A stretch of 64,000 nt of DNA from NCBI GenBank assembly GCA_963677435.1, contig OY781945.1, forward strand, positions 544,001 through 608,000, written 5' to 3'. This DNA comes from an uncultured Aliarcobacter sp. Its GTDB lineage: Bacteria; Campylobacterota; Campylobacteria; Campylobacterales; Arcobacteraceae. Below, piece by piece: positions 58,595-64,000 of this stretch; the first letter of the stretch is position 1, and each line of letters starts with the position of its first letter. Below the pieces are notes generated by a model. That model did not search any database. It saw only the letters and a program-made list of their open reading frames with translations, and was not told the DNA's origin. Both the position numbers and the translations under genes were made by a program.

Positions 58595-59589
58595 TAAAAA
58601 GATTTTATCCAAAGAATGATAAAACTCTAAATTTCAAATTTGTTCAAAATGATGAAGATTTTATAGTTGAAGAACAACCTATAAAATTTTCAGGCGCAGG
58701 TAGTTTTTTAGTTTTAAAAATAAAAAAAGAGAACTGCGATACTTGGGAGTTAATTGATAGATTAGCAAAATTTCTGAATGTTTTTTCAAATGAAATTGGT
58801 TATGCTGGACTAAAAGATAAACGAGCTACAACAACTCAATATATTACAATCCCTAAAAAATATTCAAAAGAAATAAAACTTTTTAAAAATAAAAAGATTG
58901 AAATTCTTGATACTACTTTACATAATGAGAAATTAAATATTGGTGATTTAGAAGGAAATAGATTTAAAATAAATCTTCATGATGTTGAAGTTTCTGATAT
59001 AAATCATATTCAAAAAATCATTAAATTAATTAATAAAGATGGTATGCCAAACTATTTTGGTTACCAAAGATTTGGGAAAGAAGTAGTTGATAATCTAGCA
59101 AAAGCTAAAGATGTAGTTTATGGTGAAGAGATAGTTAAAGATAAGAAATTATCTAAAATGTTAATCTCTGCTTATCAAAGTAGTTTTTTTAATGCTTGGC
59201 TAGTTGAGAGATTAAAGTTATCAGATGATGAATTTAAACTTTTAGATGGCGATGTTTTCTTAGATTTACAAAAAGATAAACTATTTACTCCAAAAGTTAT
59301 AACAGCAAATATAATAAATGATTTCCATAACTTTAAAATTACACCAACGGGGCTTTTACCTGGTAGAAAAGTATTCAAAGCTGTTGGTGAAGCTGCTTTA
59401 ATAGAACAAAAGTATGATGATGTATATATACAAGAAAAAGGTTATAGAAGAGAAGCCTTGGTTTTTCCAAAAGATGTAAATTGTAAATATGATGCGGCTA
59501 AAAAAATATGTAACTTGGATTTTATTCTTCCAAAAGGTTCATATGCAACTGTTTTAGTTGAATATTTAGCGAATAGAAACTTTTCTTAA
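58591..59589 (+). CDS. truD: tRNA pseudouridine(13) synthase
   Basis: EDFIVEE, GYAGLKDKRATTTQ, GDLEGNRF, PNYFGYQRFG, LPKGSYAT. Confidence 0.95.
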   Translation: MIKRFYPKNDKTLNFKFVQNDEDFIVEEQPIKFSGAGSFLVLKIKKENCDTWELIDRLAKFLNVFSNEIGYAGLKDKRATTTQYITIPKKYSKEIKLFKNKKIEILDTTLHNEKLNIGDLEGNRFKINLHDVEVSDINHIQKIIKLINKDGMPNYFGYQRFGKEVVDNLAKAKDVVYGEEIVKDKKLSKMLISAYQSSFFNAWLVERLKLSDDEFKLLDGDVFLDLQKDKLFTPKVITANIINDFHNFKITPTGLLPGRKVFKAVGEAALIEQKYDDVYIQEKGYRREALVFPKDVNCKYDAAKKICNLDFILPKGSYATVLVEYLANRNFS

Positions 59590-59606
59590 GAATTATATTT
59601 TGACAT

Positions 59607-59645
59607 AAAAAAAGGGATATTTGGTTTTCCAAATATCCCTTTTTT
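59607..59645. terminator. Bidirectional intrinsic terminator
   Basis: AAAAAAAGGGATATTTGG-tttt-CCAAATATCCCTTTTTT between convergent genes. Confidence 0.8.
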
Positions 59646-59661
59646 ATTTCTAATTTATTTA

Positions 59662-60645
59662 TTATGGCAAAGTAATATATTTTGAATCATAATATACTTT
59701 ATTTCCGATTGCGATCATTCTTTCTTTATTATCAAAACTAAAATTATAAATTTTAGAATCAGTAAAATCTTGATTTAAATTTATTAAAAAACCTTGAGAT
59801 TCAATGGCATATAGTGAATTTGAATATGCTAAAGCATGAATTTTTGCATATTTAAATTTTTTCTTAGCAACTTCAACTAAACTAGGAGTTAATTTAATAA
59901 TTTGACCATCAATAGTAGCTAAGTAAACATCATCTTTATTTACAATAATATCTCTAACTTCATAATTTTTTGCAAGAATTTCTTTTGGAGAAATTGATAC
60001 AACTTTATTTGGACTAGCAACAATTAAAGTTTGTGAACTTTCAATTACATTTAGTGAAATAATATTGTTAAATTGACTATCTGGATCAACAGATATATTT
60101 CTAACAGATTCATTCGTAACTGCTGAAACAATAATAACTTTTCCATTTAAAGTTGGGAAAAGTATTAAATTACCCATAAAATATGGGTTTGTAATTCTTG
60201 TATCATTTGCAAGTGAAACTGGTAAATACTCTTTAAATAGGGTTTTATTTGTATTAATATCAATTAATTCAATAGTATTATTTGAATAAATTAATGCTAA
60301 TTTATTGTCTTTTAAAGATGCAGCAACTACAACATCTTTAACAACTCTTTCTTCATTACCAATTAAAATTTTATCAATATAATTTGTTGCAATGATTTTA
60401 CCATCTGCACTTACATTTAGAAAATCAAAATTATCAGGTAATTTAAAAGATGAAATACCTGTGCTTGTAATAATTTCTTTATTCTCTAGTGTTGCACCAA
60501 TTTTATTCATCGATGTAATTGATGAAGACATAGATTCTTTATTTAATTCTATATTACTGCTTACATCTTCAGGTTCGAAATATTTTTTCCCTGAACAAGC
60601 TGTAAATAAAAATATAGCTGATAATGAAATTAGAAGATATCTCAT
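59662..60645 (-). CDS. Lipoprotein, predicted beta-rich (propeller-like)
   Basis: Lipobox FTAC; repeated strand-turn motifs such as LFPTLNGKVII and YLATIDGQIIKL. Confidence 0.7.
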   Translation of the reverse strand: MRYLLISLSAIFLFTACSGKKYFEPEDVSSNIELNKESMSSSITSMNKIGATLENKEIITSTGISSFKLPDNFDFLNVSADGKIIATNYIDKILIGNEERVVKDVVVAASLKDNKLALIYSNNTIELIDINTNKTLFKEYLPVSLANDTRITNPYFMGNLILFPTLNGKVIIVSAVTNESVRNISVDPDSQFNNIISLNVIESSQTLIVASPNKVVSISPKEILAKNYEVRDIIVNKDDVYLATIDGQIIKLTPSLVEVAKKKFKYAKIHALAYSNSLYAIESQGFLINLNQDFTDSKIYNFSFDNKERMIAIGNKVYYDSKYITLP

Positions 60646-60654
60646 AGTTTTTCC

Positions 60655-61236
60655 TTATTTTGTAAGTAGATAGTGGTTTAATAATTTAGCTAGTTCAAAG
60701 GCTTTTGATGTTTGAGGAATCAGTGCCAAAGTTGTTTTTGCTTCATTAAATTTTCCTTCATTTGTTAAAAAAAGTGCTTTATTAAAAATTGCAAAATCTT
60801 TTAATAAAAAATCATTTTGCATTGATAAATTATCTAATTGTGTAACATCTTTATTAGTTATAGCAGTTTGATAATTTGCTAATTCTTTTAACATTGGAAC
60901 ATTAATATCAATAGCTTTACCATCTTCTTTTGCTTGTAAAAACAGTGCTACATCGTAAAGTTGCGGATTTTTATCTTTTAAAATTGCTAGTGCTTGGCTA
61001 TCTTTATTATTTTCAAGTACTTTGTTAAACGCAATATTCGCTTCAATTTTGTTTGATTGTGCAATATGATTTTTAATAAAAAAAGCAATAATTCCTATTG
61101 CTACAATAGCTATAAATGCAATGATTAATGTTTTATATTTTTTAAAAAACCTTTCACCTTTTACGAAATTCTCTAAAAATTTCTCTTCGCTACTTAGCTC
61201 TGATTTAACATAATCTACATTCTCTTTTATACTCAT
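60655..61236 (-). CDS. Membrane-anchored helical TPR-like protein (YfgM-like)
   Basis: Short acidic N-terminus, FFKKYK, one TM segment, then a helical TPR-like region ending GKFNEAKTTLALI. Confidence 0.65.
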   Translation of the reverse strand: MSIKENVDYVKSELSSEEKFLENFVKGERFFKKYKTLIIAFIAIVAIGIIAFFIKNHIAQSNKIEANIAFNKVLENNKDSQALAILKDKNPQLYDVALFLQAKEDGKAIDINVPMLKELANYQTAITNKDVTQLDNLSMQNDFLLKDFAIFNKALFLTNEGKFNEAKTTLALIPQTSKAFELAKLLNHYLLTK

Positions 61237-61351
61237 TTTAATAACCTTTCTGAAAAGTAGTTGATATGGTACAAAATTTTTGATAAAATCTTACTTTTAT
61301 CTTACTTTTTGTATAATATTTCTCTATAAATTTATAAGGGTTACTAAAAAT

Positions 61352-62644
61352 ATGAAGAGATTATTATTAACTTCTACTCTTGCTCTAGTTATTTCGCAAA
61401 ATCTTTTTGCAAAAGAGGAAGTAGTATCAGAACAATCAAGATTTGAGTCATTGTCGAAATTAACAAAAGTTATTGGTACAGTTGAAAAGTATTATGTTGA
61501 TGACATAAAACTACAAGAGATTGTGGATAAAGCATTAAAAGGTTTGATGCAAGAATTAGATGCCCATTCATCTTACTTAGATAAGAAAGCTTCAAAAGAG
61601 ATGGCCATTCAAACTCAGGGTGAATTTGGTGGATTAGGAATAACTGTTGGAATGAGAGATGGTGCATTAACTGTAATTTCTCCTATTGATGATACTCCAG
61701 CATTTAAAGCAGGAGTAAAAGCTTCAGATATTATTCTAAAAATTGATAATACATCAACAATAAATATGACTTTAGATGAAGCAGTAACTTTGATGAGAGG
61801 GAATCCTCAAACTGAAATTACATTAACTCTTGTAAGAAAAGGTGAACTTAAACCCTTAGAAATAAAAATGAAGAGAGATATAATAAAAATTCAATCTGTT
61901 TTTTCAAAAACAATTGAGAATACAGATTTAATGTATTTAAGAGTTTCAAGTTTTGATACAAAAGTTACAGAAGATTTAGAAAAAGTTATAGCTACTAATA
62001 AAAATGTAAAAGGTTATATCTTAGATTTAAGAAATAATCCAGGTGGATTACTATCTCAAGCTATTGGAGTAGTCGATTTATTTGTTGATAATGGTGTAAT
62101 TGTTTCTCAAAAAGGAAGAAATGCAGAAGATGAAGAGAAATTTGATGCATCACCTTCAAAAACAAAAACAAAATTACCTTTAGTAGTACTTGTAAATGAA
62201 GGTTCAGCATCTGCATCTGAAATTGTAAGTGGTTCTTTACAAGATCATAAAAGAGCAGTTATAGTTGGAGAAAAAACTTTTGGTAAAGGTTCAGTTCAAG
62301 CTGTTTTACCAATCGATAATGACAGAACAGAAAATATAAAATTAACTATTGCAAAATATTATTTACCAAGTGGAAGAACTATTCAAGCTGTAGGTGTTAC
62401 ACCTGATGTTATAGTTACTGCTGGAAAAGTAACTCAAGATGATGAAGACAAATTCAAAATCAAAGAAGCTGATTTGAAAAAACATCTTGAAGGAGAACTT
62501 GCAAAAGTTGATGATGTAAAAAAAGAAGAAAAAGTAATAACTAATGAAACTAAAAAAGTAATTACAGGTGAAGATGTACTAGGAGATAATCAATTAAATA
62601 CTTCTATTGCAATTTTAAAAAGTTTAATAATAATGAATAAATAA
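61352..62644 (+). CDS. ctpA: Carboxy-terminal processing protease (S41)
   Basis: LDAHSSY, GEFGGLGI (PDZ), LDLRNNPGGLL, GSASASEIV, TFGKGSVQ; start at ATG 61352. Confidence 0.93.
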   Translation: MKRLLLTSTLALVISQNLFAKEEVVSEQSRFESLSKLTKVIGTVEKYYVDDIKLQEIVDKALKGLMQELDAHSSYLDKKASKEMAIQTQGEFGGLGITVGMRDGALTVISPIDDTPAFKAGVKASDIILKIDNTSTINMTLDEAVTLMRGNPQTEITLTLVRKGELKPLEIKMKRDIIKIQSVFSKTIENTDLMYLRVSSFDTKVTEDLEKVIATNKNVKGYILDLRNNPGGLLSQAIGVVDLFVDNGVIVSQKGRNAEDEEKFDASPSKTKTKLPLVVLVNEGSASASEIVSGSLQDHKRAVIVGEKTFGKGSVQAVLPIDNDRTENIKLTIAKYYLPSGRTIQAVGVTPDVIVTAGKVTQDDEDKFKIKEADLKKHLEGELAKVDDVKKEEKVITNETKKVITGEDVLGDNQLNTSIAILKSLIIMNK

Positions 62645-62656
62645 TTAGGAGTGTTG

Positions 62657-63610
62657 ATGAAAATAGCTGATATTGTTGCACTTGGTCTTTGGCCTGAATC
62701 AAAGAAAACTACAACTAAAAAAGGAATTTCACAATTAGAAGAGTTAGGTTATAACTTATTTTATATTGGTAAAAATGCAGATCTTTATACTTGTCCAGGA
62801 GTTGAACCAAAAGTTCTTTTAGTAAGAAGTGATAGATGTTCTGTATTTGATATTCCTTTAAATCTTGAAATAGAAGGGAAAGGTGTTTCTCAAACAACTA
62901 TTTCTAATAATGGGGCAGAATTTGCAAAAGAAGCTGGAATTAGAACAGCAATTTTATCTGAAACAGTTGATCAATCTTTAGCCATTGCTCCAAGATGTCA
63001 ACTTATGGAATTGTGTAAACCTTTAGAAGCTGAGATTGATGGAGATGTAGTTCAATTTGAATTAATTTTCAGAAATTATTTAACTGGTTCACTTTTTGAT
63101 GCTTGTCAAAATGGTTTAGATCCATATGGTTTAAATCTGCCTTCTGGTTTAGAACAATGGCATAAATTTGAAACACCAATTTTTACTCCAACAACAAAAG
63201 GTATTAAAGACGAACCTTTAAATTCTGAAACAGTAAGAGTTAAATTTCCAGAAATTGTTTCAAGTCTAGAAAAGTTATTTAAAGATTTTACTACTTTTGC
63301 ATACGAAAGAGGTATTATTGTTGTTGATACTAAATTTGAAATATTTGTTAATTCAAAAGGTGAATGGGTTCTTGGAGATGAAGTTTTAACTCCTGAGAGT
63401 TCAAGATTCATATCAAAAGAAGATTTTGATGCTGGAAACTATATCTCAATGGATAAACAAATTCTAAGGGATTTTGGTAAAGCTAACAATTGGAAAGAAA
63501 ATTCAAAAGCTCTAAAAGCTGGTGAAAAGTTAGATGTAGATGTACCACAAACAATAAAAGATAAAATTTTAAGTGGATATACAACTATTCTTAATAGATT
63601 AAGTAAATAA
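62657..63610 (+). CDS. purC: SAICAR synthetase (long form)
   Basis: GK..DLY, RSDRCSVFD, GKG, E.I.RNYLTGS, IFTPTTK, VDTKFE, DEVLTPESSRF, DKQILRD; start after AGGAG. Confidence 0.88.
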   Translation: MKIADIVALGLWPESKKTTTKKGISQLEELGYNLFYIGKNADLYTCPGVEPKVLLVRSDRCSVFDIPLNLEIEGKGVSQTTISNNGAEFAKEAGIRTAILSETVDQSLAIAPRCQLMELCKPLEAEIDGDVVQFELIFRNYLTGSLFDACQNGLDPYGLNLPSGLEQWHKFETPIFTPTTKGIKDEPLNSETVRVKFPEIVSSLEKLFKDFTTFAYERGIIVVDTKFEIFVNSKGEWVLGDEVLTPESSRFISKEDFDAGNYISMDKQILRDFGKANNWKENSKALKAGEKLDVDVPQTIKDKILSGYTTILNRLSK

Positions 63611-63703
63611 TTTTCATAGAATATATTATTATATTCTATGAGTCTAAACTGCTATAAGGCAGTTTTAGATATAATCCCAAAAAATATAAATTGAAGGTAA
63701 TAA

Positions 63704-63949
63704 ATGAAAGCAATCGTAAATGTAGCATTGAAACAAGGTGTATTAGATGATCAAGGTAAAGCAACTCATCATGCATTAGATACTTTAGGTTTTAAAGAAA
63801 TTGTTAAAGATGTAAGAATCGGTAAACAAATCATTTTAGAATTAAACTCTTCTGATGAAAAAACTGCTAAAGAAGAAGTTACAAAAATGTGTCAAAAGCT
63901 TTTAGCTAATACAGTTATTGAAGATTATGATATAGAAATAGTAGGTTAA
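63704..63949 (+). CDS. purS: FGAM synthase subunit PurS
   Basis: LKQGVLDDQG, VRIGK, LLANTVIEDY. Confidence 0.95.
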   Translation: MKAIVNVALKQGVLDDQGKATHHALDTLGFKEIVKDVRIGKQIILELNSSDEKTAKEEVTKMCQKLLANTVIEDYDIEIVG

Positions 63950-63951
63950 TC

Positions 63952-64000
63952 ATGAAAGTTTCAGTATTACAATTTCCTGGGACAAATTGCGAATATGATA
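63952..64000 (+). CDS. purQ: FGAM synthase glutaminase subunit PurQ, 3'-truncated by the window edge
   Basis: MKVSVLQFPGTNCEYD directly after purS. Confidence 0.9.
   Translation, partial: MKVSVLQFPGTNCEYD

Noticed and set aside
61280..61351. N-terminal extension of ctpA in the track (similarly for hydC, hydD, frdC, the regulator at 28599, purC and the lipoprotein at 54618)
   Set aside because: Downstream ATGs give a better RBS, signal peptide or domain start.
1999..63411. Many short antisense or nested ORFs (e.g. 1999..2433, 24846..25208, 45914..46360, 46442..46840, 57029..57319)
   Set aside because: They lie within well-supported genes and show no motifs; shadow ORFs.
1..64000. CRISPR array, rRNA, intact transposase or prophage
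   Set aside because: No regularly spaced repeats, rRNA-like sequence or such ORFs were seen by eye.

Overview
Very AT-rich bacterial chromosome segment. Gene content and order point to Arcobacteraceae (Campylobacterota); this is inferred, not looked up. Mostly core or metabolic genes, in order: 3' end of dnaK; FIST-domain chemoreceptor; psd; an EAL/rimB-like/rimK/M14-peptidase cluster; thioredoxin-dsbD; an uptake [NiFe]-hydrogenase (hydABCD) directly followed by frdCAB, a class I fumarase, a DASS transporter and a two-component system; a cobamide-completion cluster (cobT, cobU, cobS, cobD, cobQ, cbiB) interleaved with other genes; htrA plus a CprRS-like pair; ilvD; four tRNAs (Leu-TAA, Ser-TGA, Cys-GCA, Ser-GGA); signalling genes; a MacB/FtsX-type ABC operon; dksA-truD; ctpA-purC-purS-purQ'. 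The most interesting unannotated structure is a ~2.1 kb decayed island right after tRNA-Ser(GGA). It holds an integron-type attC site, a frameshifted SMI1/KNR4 immunity gene, two further immunity-like genes preceded by apparent toxin C-terminal stubs and bounded by CTGAC(CC)CTTTTT motifs, repeated AGGTTTTGGAAC-like boxes, and a tyrosine-integrase remnant. Two genes appear to start at AUU codons, and one of them is absent from the ORF track. All protein family calls come from motif recognition by eye; no searches were run.
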